Positions 29,107-39,022 of a stretch of 64,000 bases of DNA are shown one piece after another. How positions within the stretch are numbered: position 1 is the first letter of the stretch; the number at the start of each line of letters is the position of its first letter. The position numbers and the translations under genes were made by a program. Source of the DNA: an uncultured bacterium (lineage in GTDB: Bacteria > Zixibacteria > MSB-5A5 > GN15 > FEB-12); NCBI GenBank assembly GCA_965372795.1, contig CBDVDR010000008.1, positions 1 to 64,000 of the forward strand, written 5' to 3'. The notes under the pieces were generated by a model. The model worked only from the letters and a program-made list of their open reading frames with translations. It searched no databases and was not told the origin of the DNA.

Positions 29107-30843
29107 ATGAATATAATCGGAATTTCCTGCTTCTACCACGATTCTGCCGCTGCTTTAGTAGTCGATGGAACGCTTGTCGCCGCTTCAAGCGAAGAGCGGT
29201 TTAGCCGGATTAAACATGATTCTGAACTTCCCTCTAAAGCTGTTAATTTCTGCCTTAATAAAGCCGGTCTAACAATCAATGAAATCGACCATATTGTTTT
29301 TTATGACAAACCGATCACAAAATTTGATCGGATTTTAACCGGATATATGGCAGTACCGTTTCTTGCATTAACAGCCTTCCGAAAAGCTTTACCGATCTGG
29401 TTAAGCCGAAAAATCTGGACCGATCACATTATTCAAAAAGAATTGGATTATGACGGTGATGTTTTATACCTCCCTCATCATATCTCTCACGCCGCCGGAG
29501 CCTTTTATAGTTCCCCTTTTGAAAAGGCTGCTATTCTCACAGTTGATGGTGTTGGGGAATGGACCAACGCCTCGTATGGTATTGGAGATAACAACCGTGT
29601 AAAACTGTTAGCACAAATGAAATATCCCCATTCGGTCGGACTGCTGTATTCAGCCATAACTTATTATCTCGGGTTTCATGTCAACTCAGCCGAGTACAAA
29701 GTGATGGGGCTGGCTCCGTATGGGAAACCTGAGTTTGTCGAACTGATTGAAGATAAGCTCGTGACGATCCATGATGACGGCTCTATTCATTTAAATATGG
29801 AATATTTTTCCTTCCATCACGGTATGACCATGACGGGAAGTAAAATGGAAAAACTGTTCGGTCAACCGCGTCGAACCCCTGAAACCGAAGTCGGTTCGTT
29901 CCATGAAAATATCGCCGCCTCGATTCAGGTTATAACCGAAAAGATCATACTGAAAATGGCGCGCCATGTCAGGGAAGTTACAAATTTGGATAAGCTTTGC
30001 ATGTCCGGCGGAGTAGCCTTGAATTGTAAAGCTAACGGAGAAATTTTAAAAGAGAAAATCTTTGATGAATTGTTTGTCCAGCCTGCTTCGGGTGATGCCG
30101 GAGGAGCGATGGGTGCGGCTTTGTATGCTCATTATAAATTGACCAACGAAAATAAAAAGACACAGCCGTTTTTCGGGCTTGGAAGTTCCCGGACAGAAAA
30201 TGAAATCAAAGAATTTCTCGACAGCAATGCTATCCCCTATTCATATTTACCGGATAATGAGATTCATTCTCACACCGCTAAAAAAATCGCCGATGGTCAT
30301 ATTGTCGCTGTGTACCAGGGAGCAATGGAGTTTGGACCCCGAGCCTTGGGGTTCAGATCAATTGTTGCTGATCCGCGAAATAATCAGATGAAAGAAAAAA
30401 TTAATGCCGCTGTAAAATACCGCGAGCCGTTTCGCCCTTTTGCACCGGCTGTTTTGGTTGAGGATGTTTCTGAATATTTTCAATGTGAAAAAGACTCACC
30501 CTATATGCTATTTAATTTTACCGTTCAACCGGACAAGTGCAGTTTGATTCCGGCGGTAACTCATGTTGATAATTCTTCACGAATTCAAACCGTTAGCCAA
30601 AAGGACAACCCATTTTTCTACGACATGATATATGCCTTTAAAAAACTAACTTCATTGTCAGTAGTTTTAAACACTTCATTTAATCTGCGGGGACACCCGA
30701 TTGTAGAATCTCCGGCTGATGCCTTCGCAACTTTCTCAAGCGGCGGGATTGACTTTTTGGTTTTAGAACATTATTTAGTAGATAAGACAAAGGTATCAAA
30801 AGAAATCTTAGACAAATTTTCCTTTGAAAAAGGGATTGATTAA
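29107..30843 (+). CDS. O-carbamoyltransferase (NodU/CmcH/SxtI family)
   Basis: FYHDSAA, EERFSRIKH, HHISHA, DGVGE, EYKVMGLAPYG, GGVALN, EFGPRALG, REPFRPFAP, LNTSFN. Confidence 0.95.
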   Translation: MNIIGISCFYHDSAAALVVDGTLVAASSEERFSRIKHDSELPSKAVNFCLNKAGLTINEIDHIVFYDKPITKFDRILTGYMAVPFLALTAFRKALPIWLSRKIWTDHIIQKELDYDGDVLYLPHHISHAAGAFYSSPFEKAAILTVDGVGEWTNASYGIGDNNRVKLLAQMKYPHSVGLLYSAITYYLGFHVNSAEYKVMGLAPYGKPEFVELIEDKLVTIHDDGSIHLNMEYFSFHHGMTMTGSKMEKLFGQPRRTPETEVGSFHENIAASIQVITEKIILKMARHVREVTNLDKLCMSGGVALNCKANGEILKEKIFDELFVQPASGDAGGAMGAALYAHYKLTNENKKTQPFFGLGSSRTENEIKEFLDSNAIPYSYLPDNEIHSHTAKKIADGHIVAVYQGAMEFGPRALGFRSIVADPRNNQMKEKINAAVKYREPFRPFAPAVLVEDVSEYFQCEKDSPYMLFNFTVQPDKCSLIPAVTHVDNSSRIQTVSQKDNPFFYDMIYAFKKLTSLSVVLNTSFNLRGHPIVESPADAFATFSSGGIDFLVLEHYLVDKTKVSKEILDKFSFEKGID

Positions 30844-30846
30844 AGA

Positions 30847-31008
30847 ATGAATAAGCGGCTTAAAATAATTGGTGAGTTTGTATATTTTTTAAAGCACTCA
30901 AAAAAATACTGGCTGGCGCCAATTTTGTTTTTTTTACTCCTGCTCTCTTTTCTGATCGTATTTACCGAATCATCAGCCCTGGCACCGTTTATATATTCTT
31001 TATTTTAA
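30847..31008 (+). CDS. SxtK-like (DUF5989) 53-aa membrane protein
   Basis: Below the ORF cutoff. MNKRLKIIGEFVYFLKHSKKYWLAPILFFLLLLSFLIVFTESSALAPFIYSLF carries the KKYWLAP...APFIY.LF signature. Confidence 0.85.
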   Translation: MNKRLKIIGEFVYFLKHSKKYWLAPILFFLLLLSFLIVFTESSALAPFIYSLF

Positions 31009-31014
31009 AAAGTT

Positions 31015-32184
31015 TTATCGATTTTTCTTCGCAAACATTTTTAATACTTTTATCAGCTTATTAATATCTTTTTCATTGTTAAAAAGATGGACTGAAACTC
31101 GGATGGAGCCTTCGCGTCTTACCAGAATAATTTTATTGCGTAATATTTCTTTATGCAGTTCTACAATTTTATTGCTGGTAAATGTAAAGATTGATGAGCG
31201 ATGTTTTTTGACCATTGAAGAAGTAATTTGATAGAATGGTTCGTTGGCAATGAAATCTGCAAGTTTATCAATCAGCCCATAGTTATGTTTCTGAATATTT
31301 TTTATGCCCAGATCTTTAAAAATTTCCACAGCAGCATTCATTGCTAAAATATTCAGGATCGCATAGTACCCCATCTCATATTTCCGGGATGACTCAAAAT
31401 AGGGCAGTTCATATCGGAACAGATCTGTAAACTGAACTTTCCAGTCAACCCCAAGCCAGCTCATAAACGGCGGGTTCATTACTTTTTGAATTTCTTCCGA
31501 GAGATAGAAAAATCCGCAACCCTGAGGTGACAACATCCATTTCTGACATCCGGAAGTAAAAATATCAACCCCCAGCCGTGACAGATTAAGCGGTTCAACA
31601 CCCATCCCCTGAATCCCATCAACAACAAAATATATACCATGCTTTTTACAGATTTTAGATATTTCCGCCAGATCGTTTTTGAAACCATTAAAAAACTGAA
31701 CATAGGAAATTGCCAGCAGTTTGGTTTTTTTAGTAATAGATTTGTTCAGATTATCAATGTCGAAAGTATTATTATTAGATTTTAAAAACTTCAGCTTCAA
31801 CCCTTTTGCTTCGGCGGCAGCTTTAAAAGTATAAATTAAAGCCGGAAACTCATTGTCACACAAAAGAATTTCATCACCTTTTTTCAATGGCAATCCAAAG
31901 GCGGCAAGGTTTAGCCCGAAGGTTGTGTTCATCCCAATGCCAATTTCTTTATGTTTGGCACCTACCAGCCTGGCATAATCTTTACGAAGTTTATCAAGTG
32001 CAATAAAAGCATCATGCGAATCATCACGTTCACATAAGAGGCGAAGTTTTAGATTATCCTCAACCGCCGTTGCTACCGGACGGCAAAATGGTCCATACGA
32101 GGCTGAATTAAAATAAACCGTTTTTTTTGTATGGGGGAAAAGTTTACGAACATTTTCAAACTTTTTTATTATTTCTATACTCAT
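31015..32184 (-). CDS. Aminotransferase class V PLP enzyme (cysteine desulfurase/selenocysteine lyase-like fold)
   Basis: YFNSAS, VDGIQG, GCQKWM (PLP Lys), IRVSVHLFN; likely start MSIEII at 32184. Confidence 0.88.
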   Translation of the reverse strand: MSIEIIKKFENVRKLFPHTKKTVYFNSASYGPFCRPVATAVEDNLKLRLLCERDDSHDAFIALDKLRKDYARLVGAKHKEIGIGMNTTFGLNLAAFGLPLKKGDEILLCDNEFPALIYTFKAAAEAKGLKLKFLKSNNNTFDIDNLNKSITKKTKLLAISYVQFFNGFKNDLAEISKICKKHGIYFVVDGIQGMGVEPLNLSRLGVDIFTSGCQKWMLSPQGCGFFYLSEEIQKVMNPPFMSWLGVDWKVQFTDLFRYELPYFESSRKYEMGYYAILNILAMNAAVEIFKDLGIKNIQKHNYGLIDKLADFIANEPFYQITSSMVKKHRSSIFTFTSNKIVELHKEILRNKIILVRREGSIRVSVHLFNNEKDINKLIKVLKMFAKKNR

Positions 32185-32195
32185 AGCCAACCTCA

Positions 32196-32624
32196 TTATA
32201 TTGAATAAAGATATCCGATAATAGCCATACATCCCCCAATTTTTAATAAATAGCTAAGGAGTGTATACAGCATAAACTGCATAGGGAATTTTATCCGCAT
32301 GGAATAACCCATTACCATTGGAACCGCACCCAATGTGAAAGCTACCAAAGCAACAGCCATTCCGGCGCGCATCCCGGTTAAAGGTAAAATTATGTAGAAA
32401 AATCCAAAAGCCAAGGTAGGGATAACTGCGAAGAAAAGAAATTCCATTACAAAATTTATCAGAAACCAGCCAACATTAAATTTTTCCAAAAGTTGTGAAG
32501 GAATCTCTTTGGCTAAGTTTAACTTTTTCTCAATGAAAAACAGAATCGAGCTGATTACCAGTAAGTAGCCTCCGGCCGCTATCAATGAATACAATAATAA
32601 GCCGTTTGAGATCAAGTCAACCAT
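32196..32624 (-). CDS. Hypothetical membrane protein
   Basis: About four hydrophobic helices; operonic with its neighbours. Confidence 0.7.
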   Translation of the reverse strand: MVDLISNGLLLYSLIAAGGYLLVISSILFFIEKKLNLAKEIPSQLLEKFNVGWFLINFVMEFLFFAVIPTLAFGFFYIILPLTGMRAGMAVALVAFTLGAVPMVMGYSMRIKFPMQFMLYTLLSYLLKIGGCMAIIGYLYSI

Positions 32625-33628
32625 CCTTTCTCACGATACCAGCGATAGGTTTCACTCGCTCCGTCTTCAAATGAAATCTTAGATTTAAATCCAAGTTCTT
32701 TATATGCTTTATCAGTTGAAACCTCCCATGATGCCAGAAGTTCATCGGCTTTCTCACGGGTCAGCATCGGGGTCGCTCCCACCATTCTAAATATACTCTC
32801 AGAAAAATAAGCAATTAGTCTAAATAGCGAGGATGGGATATACACCGGGATCGCACTTTTACCGCATCCCTTTTTTAACAGCTTGATAAGCTCTTTCATC
32901 GAATACGAATTTTCTTCAGCGATAAAATAAATTTCACCTGATGGAGTTTCTTTTGTTAAAGCTGAATATATCCCCTCGCACAAATCATCAACATGCACTA
33001 ACTGGAGTTTTCGGCTGGTTTTCCCGACATACGGCTTTAAATGAAAATTAAGAGCCGCAAAAAATCCAAAAATCTCTTTATCGCCCGGTCCGTAAACTCC
33101 GGGAGGACGAACAGCTACAACATTCAATTTATCTTTGTAAGAAAGCGCTGATCTTTCACCGGCGAGTTTCGATTCTCCATAAGTTGTCATTGGACGGGGG
33201 CTGTCTGATTCCCGGACCGGTCTGCCGTTTAATGAACATCCGGCTGCTGCAAGAGAGGATATGTAAACAACCCGCTTTACTTGAGGATTATTTTTATGAA
33301 TTGATTCAAATAGATTTTCAGTTCCCTTTTCATTAACCTCAAAGAAGCTTCTTTTCATTTTAGCTTTTGTTATCCCGGCGTTATGAATAATATAATCAAC
33401 ATTCTCAACCATTGAACTAAGTGATTCAATGTTGCTCACATCACCATAGCGAAATTCAACATCGACTCCATCAAGCTCCGATAGATTGGCGGTTTTTCGA
33501 ATACCGGCAATTACTTTGAATCCTTTGGAAATCAGTTTCCGGCACAATCTTGAACCGACAAATCCATTGGCTCCGGTGACCAAAACAGACGAAATTAGCT
33601 TATTTTTATTTATATTATCGCTGTACAT
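32612..33628 (-). CDS. NAD-dependent epimerase/dehydratase
   Basis: VTGANGFVG, HNAG, YGESK, RPPGVYGPGD. Confidence 0.92.
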   Translation of the reverse strand: MYSDNINKNKLISSVLVTGANGFVGSRLCRKLISKGFKVIAGIRKTANLSELDGVDVEFRYGDVSNIESLSSMVENVDYIIHNAGITKAKMKRSFFEVNEKGTENLFESIHKNNPQVKRVVYISSLAAAGCSLNGRPVRESDSPRPMTTYGESKLAGERSALSYKDKLNVVAVRPPGVYGPGDKEIFGFFAALNFHLKPYVGKTSRKLQLVHVDDLCEGIYSALTKETPSGEIYFIAEENSYSMKELIKLLKKGCGKSAIPVYIPSSLFRLIAYFSESIFRMVGATPMLTREKADELLASWEVSTDKAYKELGFKSKISFEDGASETYRWYREKGWLT

Positions 33629-33693
33629 GATTAGAATTTAGCGAAATGAATGACAGGAAACAAGTTTTGAAAATAATAAAACTTATTTACAAA

Positions 33694-35133
33694 CTAAAAC
33701 ACATCAGCAGTAAAAGTATAAACCTCAGCATATTTACTCTGATATGAATTCTTTGGTAAACCGGCTTTCAAACAGGTCTGTTCCAAAAATTCTGTCGTGT
33801 CCCAGTTTAGATCGGACGCTACCTGAGGCAGCAAGAGTCCGGAATTAAAATCAAGCTTGATTAGCAAGCCATGTTTTCCAATTTTAATTTTATCAAAATT
33901 TTTGACTCTTTCAAGTTGAGAAAGCACAGAGATTTCTATATCAACCTTATCAAATTCTTCACTTGTCAACTTTGGAAAACGGGGGTCATCAAAAGCCGCC
34001 GCCTGAGCCATCTCAGCAGTTGCTTCATATAAAGGTAAATCAGTTCGAATACGACCGATACAACCTCGAAGTTCATTGTCGAGATGAAGAGTAACGAAAA
34101 GACCTTTTTCAAATTCAAGCTTTTCATCTTTCGCATATATATATTTTTTATCTTCAAGCGTGGTTTTAATAGCATCATGAGCTATCTTTTTTAACATCAG
34201 CTCAATTTCATCGGTTACTACAAACTCTTTTTGTTTGCGGGCGTCCTTTATTCCTAATTGAGGAATCACTTTTTTAATTTTGGATTCACCAACGACCGCC
34301 GCTGAAAGGTATCCCACTACTTCATCAAAATCTCCCGTAACAGCACCTGAGGTTGTGTAATCAATGACTTGAACCTCTGAGGCTCCGAGTCGCTGGGTAG
34401 CAATCATCACCGCTGCCATAATTCCACCGCCGCAAGCTTCACCTTTACCCGTTTCAAGAGTCTCTATTAATATTTTGGGATCAAATTGTTCAACAGCTTT
34501 TTGAATATTAAAATCAAGTTTTCGGGCTCTTTTTTCCGGATGAAAATGAGATAGATCGGTAGAGGCAATCAAAAGTGCATTACTGCCTTCAAGGGTTGAG
34601 GCTAAAGTTTCTCCAAGAGCACGGATTGTATCCTCTTCCTGATCTCCCATGACAATCGCAACTAATTTAAATTTACCCAGCACCACTTGTAAAAAAGGAA
34701 GCTGTACTTCAAGGGCATGTTCACCGCGAGTGTTTCCGCTGGAATGACCCATATTTGACAGATATACAACAGGATTTATTTCGCTAATTTTTTGAGAAAG
34801 CTCTTTGTCTATTTCTATAATACCTAATGGAGTCTCATAGCCGTCACCGTCATATACCGAAGCACCTTTGAAAAAAACTGTATGAGATGGCGATATTACC
34901 ACAACCGTATCATATTCCTGACCCTCAAGAAGCTTATAAGCTTTGGCGGCCGTTAATCCGGAATAAGGATAGCCGGCGTGGGGAACTATCAATGCTGACG
35001 GATTACCTTTGATCGGTATTTTTTCGACTTCAGAAAAATAACTAGCTATTGTTTTTGTTAATTCACTGGCATTGGCCGGATAAAATGAGCCTGCAACTGC
35101 CGGTTTACGTATCTGTTCATTATTTTCATTCAT
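33694..35133 (-). CDS. AmmeMemoRadiSam protein B (Memo) fused to protein A (AMMECR1)
   Basis: RKPAVAGSFYP, PHAGY, EHALEVQLPF, STDLSHF; then FVTL...LRGCIG, DPRF, LLPQV, KAG. Confidence 0.92.
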   Translation of the reverse strand: MNENNEQIRKPAVAGSFYPANASELTKTIASYFSEVEKIPIKGNPSALIVPHAGYPYSGLTAAKAYKLLEGQEYDTVVVISPSHTVFFKGASVYDGDGYETPLGIIEIDKELSQKISEINPVVYLSNMGHSSGNTRGEHALEVQLPFLQVVLGKFKLVAIVMGDQEEDTIRALGETLASTLEGSNALLIASTDLSHFHPEKRARKLDFNIQKAVEQFDPKILIETLETGKGEACGGGIMAAVMIATQRLGASEVQVIDYTTSGAVTGDFDEVVGYLSAAVVGESKIKKVIPQLGIKDARKQKEFVVTDEIELMLKKIAHDAIKTTLEDKKYIYAKDEKLEFEKGLFVTLHLDNELRGCIGRIRTDLPLYEATAEMAQAAAFDDPRFPKLTSEEFDKVDIEISVLSQLERVKNFDKIKIGKHGLLIKLDFNSGLLLPQVASDLNWDTTEFLEQTCLKAGLPKNSYQSKYAEVYTFTADVF

Positions 35134-35283
35134 TTATTTTCTAACTCCTATTGCGTTAAGGTAAACGCTTTTATCAGACTTGTCAATTTCCTTCTATTAT
35201 TTAAATGAGATAACGAAATTTGACCTGAATAGTTTAAAAAATAATGAAGTGTCAAAGGCATAGTAGACTTTTTAAGTCTAAAT

Positions 35284-35310
35284 AAAAAAAGAGGAGCCGG
35301 TTGGCTCCTC
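35284..35310 (-). terminator. Rho-independent terminator
   Basis: GAGGAGCC-loop-GGCTCCTC followed by T7 on the minus strand. Confidence 0.75.
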
Positions 35311-35333
35311 GGCTTTGAAGAGGTCAGTCCCGA

Positions 35334-36275
35334 TTAAGCTTGTGCTTCCTCGGTTGATTTTTCGACTGTATTGCTTGTTTTGATTCCTTCAACCATTGCT
35401 GCCAATGATGAAATTATCCCGCTTGTCTCAATCGGCAGGAACAGTTTATTTGCTTTATTATCTGCTAATCTTGGAAGCATTTCCAAATATTTTAAAGTAA
35501 TCAATTTTTCATCCGGTTTCCCTTCATGAATCGCAGTAAAAACCGATTGAATAGCTTTAGCTTCACCCTCAGCAACTGTTAATTGTCTGAATTTCTCAGC
35601 TTCAGCTTTTGTGCGAACCGCCTCGGCATCACCTTCGGCTTGAAGAATCTTAGACTGTTTGTAACCTTCAGCTTTGGTAATGTCTGCCTGTTTAATTGCT
35701 TCCGCATCCAAAATAGCGGCACGTTTATCACGTTCAGCCTTCATCTGGCGACTCATAGCATCATGAATATCTTTGGGCGGATCAATCCTTTGAAGTTCAA
35801 CACGATTTACTTTAACACCCCACTTGTCGGTTGCCCGATCAAGAACATCACGAAGCTGCCCGTTAATTTCATCACGTGAAGTTAAACAGGCATCAAGTTC
35901 TAACTCACCAAAAACATTTCTGAGATTTGTCTGGGCAAGTTTCGTAGCGGCTAAAATATAATTTGCAATTTCATACCGTGAACGAAACGGATCGGTTACC
36001 TGAGCATAAATAACAGCATCCACTTCAACATTGACGTTATCTTTTGTAATCACAAATTGAGGAGGAACATCAAGCACCACCTCCCGCATATCAACTTTCA
36101 AGACCGTATCAAAAAATGGTATAATCAGATTTAATCCCGGTGAAAGAATGTGTTGATATTTACCCAGTCGTTCGACCAGTCCCCGTTCAAACGGACGTAT
36201 AATACGTACCGACATCGAAACAATGATGAAAGCAAATACAACCGCAATTGCTAAAAATATTATTATTGGATTCAT
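35334..36275 (-). CDS. SPFH/band 7 (stomatin/QmcA-like) protein
   Basis: VERLGKY, ITKDNV, WGVKVNRVE, QMKAERDKRA. Confidence 0.95.
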   Translation of the reverse strand: MNPIIIFLAIAVVFAFIIVSMSVRIIRPFERGLVERLGKYQHILSPGLNLIIPFFDTVLKVDMREVVLDVPPQFVITKDNVNVEVDAVIYAQVTDPFRSRYEIANYILAATKLAQTNLRNVFGELELDACLTSRDEINGQLRDVLDRATDKWGVKVNRVELQRIDPPKDIHDAMSRQMKAERDKRAAILDAEAIKQADITKAEGYKQSKILQAEGDAEAVRTKAEAEKFRQLTVAEGEAKAIQSVFTAIHEGKPDEKLITLKYLEMLPRLADNKANKLFLPIETSGIISSLAAMVEGIKTSNTVEKSTEEAQA

Positions 36276-36289
36276 TATAACTCCCCTTT

Positions 36290-36718
36290 CTATATTTTCT
36301 TTATCACATGAAGTTTAGTGCCACTGGAGGACACAATTTCTACTTTTTCGTTTATATCAATATCTTCATCAGCACTTGCAATCCAAACTTCTCCTTCAAA
36401 TCTAATTTGACCACCTAAGTTAAGATCAATTTTTTTTGTTACTAATCCAATTTTGCCAATTAATGCATCAATATTGGATTTTTGTGGAGATGGTTTTGTT
36501 ATTTTCTTGGCTATTTTTCTCATCAATGGCAATAGTAATAATGATACTATAATGAAAATTCCTATTTGCGTGTAATAACCATCAGGAACAAAGAAACTAT
36601 ACACTCCAGCCAGTAATGAACCTGCTACAAAGCAAATGAAAACCAGCGTTGGTGTCATCAATTCCATTATGAGGAATATTACAACCGCAGCCAACCAGTA
36701 CCAGACTACGTTTTCCAT
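36290..36718 (-). CDS. NfeD-like (YbbJ) partner of SPFH
   Basis: TM helices plus OB fold LIGKIG...GEVWIA. Confidence 0.9.
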   Translation of the reverse strand: MENVVWYWLAAVVIFLIMELMTPTLVFICFVAGSLLAGVYSFFVPDGYYTQIGIFIIVSLLLLPLMRKIAKKITKPSPQKSNIDALIGKIGLVTKKIDLNLGGQIRFEGEVWIASADEDIDINEKVEIVSSSGTKLHVIKKI

Positions 36719-36876
36719 TTTTACTCCTTTGTTAAACAGCGGCGTTAAAGCCGGTTTTTAACTAATACTTGACTATCAAAATTATATTCATCTTCTTCTT
36801 CATATATTTATAAGTTTCCAAATGCTGTCTCTGTCAACAAAAAGGCGTTCAATAACTAAAAGAAATCAGGATTACG

Positions 36877-37644
36877 ATGAAACCATATACCAGATTTGCA
36901 GAAGTTTACGATTTAATGGGTGCAGATCGTCATTCAATCAAAATGGTAAAATATTGCCAGAAGATTTTTGAAAAATTTAAAATTCATCCTGTTAACGGAT
37001 TGGATTTATGTTGCGGAACAGGAACAGCTATCAATCATTTATCAAAATTGGGAATAATTATGTCGGGGCTTGATCAAAGCCCGCATATGCTTGCCGTTGC
37101 CGCTAAAAAACTTAAATCAAAAAAAATTAAGTTATATCAAAAATCACTGCCAAAATTCAAACTGCTCCAAAATAATGACTCAACCAAAATCCAGCAATTC
37201 GATCTGGTCACCTCGTTTTTTGATTCGCTTAACTATTTATTAACAGAAAAAGATTTACTGGCTGCCTTCAAATCGGTTCACAAACATTTGAATCCCGGAG
37301 GATGGTTTATTTTCGACATGAATACTCAGGAAGCGTTAAAATATCTTTGGGATGAACATGTCTATGCCGATGCCAAAGATGATATCGCCTGGGTTTGGAA
37401 AAACGAATACCTTCCCAAAGAAAAAATGGCTCTGTGCCATGCTACTTTTTTCATTCAGGTTGGAAAAAAATATGAGCGGTTCTATGAAGTACACAAAGAA
37501 CGAGCCTATCCAAACAGCAAGATCAAAAAGATGCTTCGTGATGCAGGATTTCAGCTAAAAGGATATTACAACTGCTATTCATTCAATCCGGCTGATAGAG
37601 AAACCAACCGCTTTTGTGCAATTGTTAAAAAGAAAAGTAAATAA
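36877..37644 (+). CDS. Class I SAM-dependent methyltransferase
   Basis: LDLCCGTG, DSLNY, LNPGGWFIFD. Confidence 0.9.
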   Translation: MKPYTRFAEVYDLMGADRHSIKMVKYCQKIFEKFKIHPVNGLDLCCGTGTAINHLSKLGIIMSGLDQSPHMLAVAAKKLKSKKIKLYQKSLPKFKLLQNNDSTKIQQFDLVTSFFDSLNYLLTEKDLLAAFKSVHKHLNPGGWFIFDMNTQEALKYLWDEHVYADAKDDIAWVWKNEYLPKEKMALCHATFFIQVGKKYERFYEVHKERAYPNSKIKKMLRDAGFQLKGYYNCYSFNPADRETNRFCAIVKKKSK

Positions 37645-37669
37645 TTTAGTAATCTGCGACCGCAGAAAA

Positions 37670-37879
37670 TCAGGACGCTCAGGAAAATCCCGAACCACAA
37701 CTGGCGGCGCCACAAGGTGCCTGATAAGACTGTGAATTAGTTGATGCGGCAAAAGTAGACAATAATTTTTCTACCCGACCAGAATTACATTCCGGACAGT
37801 TGACAGTTTCATCGGAACTCATCGAAAGTTCTTCAAACTTATTATCACAGTCACTGCATTTATATTCAAAAATTGGCAT
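37670..37879 (-). CDS. FmdB-family zinc-ribbon protein; possible Sec read-through of TGA 37679-37681
   Basis: MPIFEYKCSDC...CPEC. Ends CGSGFS-TGA-AS-TGA with a GGTC-loop hairpin 17 nt after the first TGA. The family call is firm; the extension is tentative. Confidence 0.8.
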
Positions 37880-37888
37880 TTAATCTCT

Positions 37889-38068
37889 CTATTTCTTGTC
37901 AGTTGTCGACATCACCAAACCGGCGAAGAACCCCATCGAGGAAGCCAGATAAGGGTTGCACATTAATCGTCAGGTTGATCCAAAAGCATTATAGAGTACC
38001 GATAAACCAAAGCCGGCTAATGCACCTCCGGCTGAAAACAGTATAAGTCTTTTAGCATTTATTGCCAT
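37889..38068 (-). CDS. Small two-TM protein (DUF6132-like) with in-frame TGA; candidate selenoprotein
   Basis: MAINAKRLILFSAGGALAGFGLSVLYNAFGST-TGA-RLMCNPYLASSMGFFAGLVMSTTDKK; fills the gap between operon neighbours. Confidence 0.65.
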
Positions 38069-38097
38069 GTTATTTTTGTCCTTCTAATAATATCCTA

Positions 38098-38484
38098 TTA
38101 TTCTACGGCTTCAGACATAACCTTCTTCAATCTTTTCTCAACCTCGGAAGCTAACTCATCTAACCCAATTTCCGGCATCATCTGTGAAATCATTTCAGGA
38201 CGACCAAGTGTCATGATCGTTTTGCCAGATTCAGTATGAACAGCAATTTTACAAGGCATGAACAATGCTACGTTGATATCTTTTTTCAGAGCTTCATGAG
38301 CAAAACCGGCATTACACATTTCGATAATAACCAGAGGATCGCGAGAAAACCCTTTTTCTTCAAGAGTCGCCTGAACATCATGCACCGCTAAAACCCGAAA
38401 CTGATTTTCCACGCACAAACGCTGAACCTCGGCAATAACCCTGTCAAAAGGTTTATCCGTTTCTAATCTGTATCCAAATTCCAT
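38098..38484 (-). CDS. DUF302 domain protein
   Basis: F.VLAVHDVQATL..K, MCN...A, MPCKIAV. Confidence 0.88.
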   Translation of the reverse strand: MEFGYRLETDKPFDRVIAEVQRLCVENQFRVLAVHDVQATLEEKGFSRDPLVIIEMCNAGFAHEALKKDINVALFMPCKIAVHTESGKTIMTLGRPEMISQMMPEIGLDELASEVEKRLKKVMSEAVE

Positions 38485-38548
38485 TTTATTTCTCCATCTA
38501 TCATTTTACTATCCATATATATTTAGATAGTAAAGTTATATAAATGAT

Positions 38549-38962
38549 TCACACAATTTCATAACTTGTGATAATTTTACCGATTTCTTTAACCGTCTGA
38601 CTAACGACACAGTACTTATCTTCCGACAGCTCAATAGCTTTGGCAAGTTTGTCAGGATTAATATCCTCGCCGGATGCTATAAATTTTATTTCAACCGTAT
38701 GAAAAGGTTTGGGATAATCATCGTTTTGATGACCGCTCAATTCGATTTCAAGTGAGGTGAGTTTTTGTCTTTGTTTTTTTATAATCTGCACCACATCTAT
38801 CCCGGCACATCCTGCTATACCATAAAGCAATAATTCGGTTGGCTTAAACCCGGCTTCTGATCCTCCTGCTGATTTGGCGCCATCGGTAATTATTGAATGG
38901 CCAAAAACATTGGTACCTTCAAATTTCAACCCGCCCGACCATTTCATTTTTACCGTTAACAT
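38549..38962 (-). CDS. OsmC/YhfA family protein
   Basis: PTELLL..AGCAGIDV, KYCVV; start 38962 has a GGAG RBS. Confidence 0.9.
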   Translation of the reverse strand: MLTVKMKWSGGLKFEGTNVFGHSIITDGAKSAGGSEAGFKPTELLLYGIAGCAGIDVVQIIKKQRQKLTSLEIELSGHQNDDYPKPFHTVEIKFIASGEDINPDKLAKAIELSEDKYCVVSQTVKEIGKIITSYEIV

Positions 38963-39022
38963 ATATTCTCCATCGCAGTTAATTTTTTTTATAAATATAT
39001 GTCTATTCATCAAACAGTCAAA

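Noticed and set aside
28856..31008. Saxitoxin biosynthesis cluster
   Set aside because: No sxtA, sxtG or other pathway genes are nearby.
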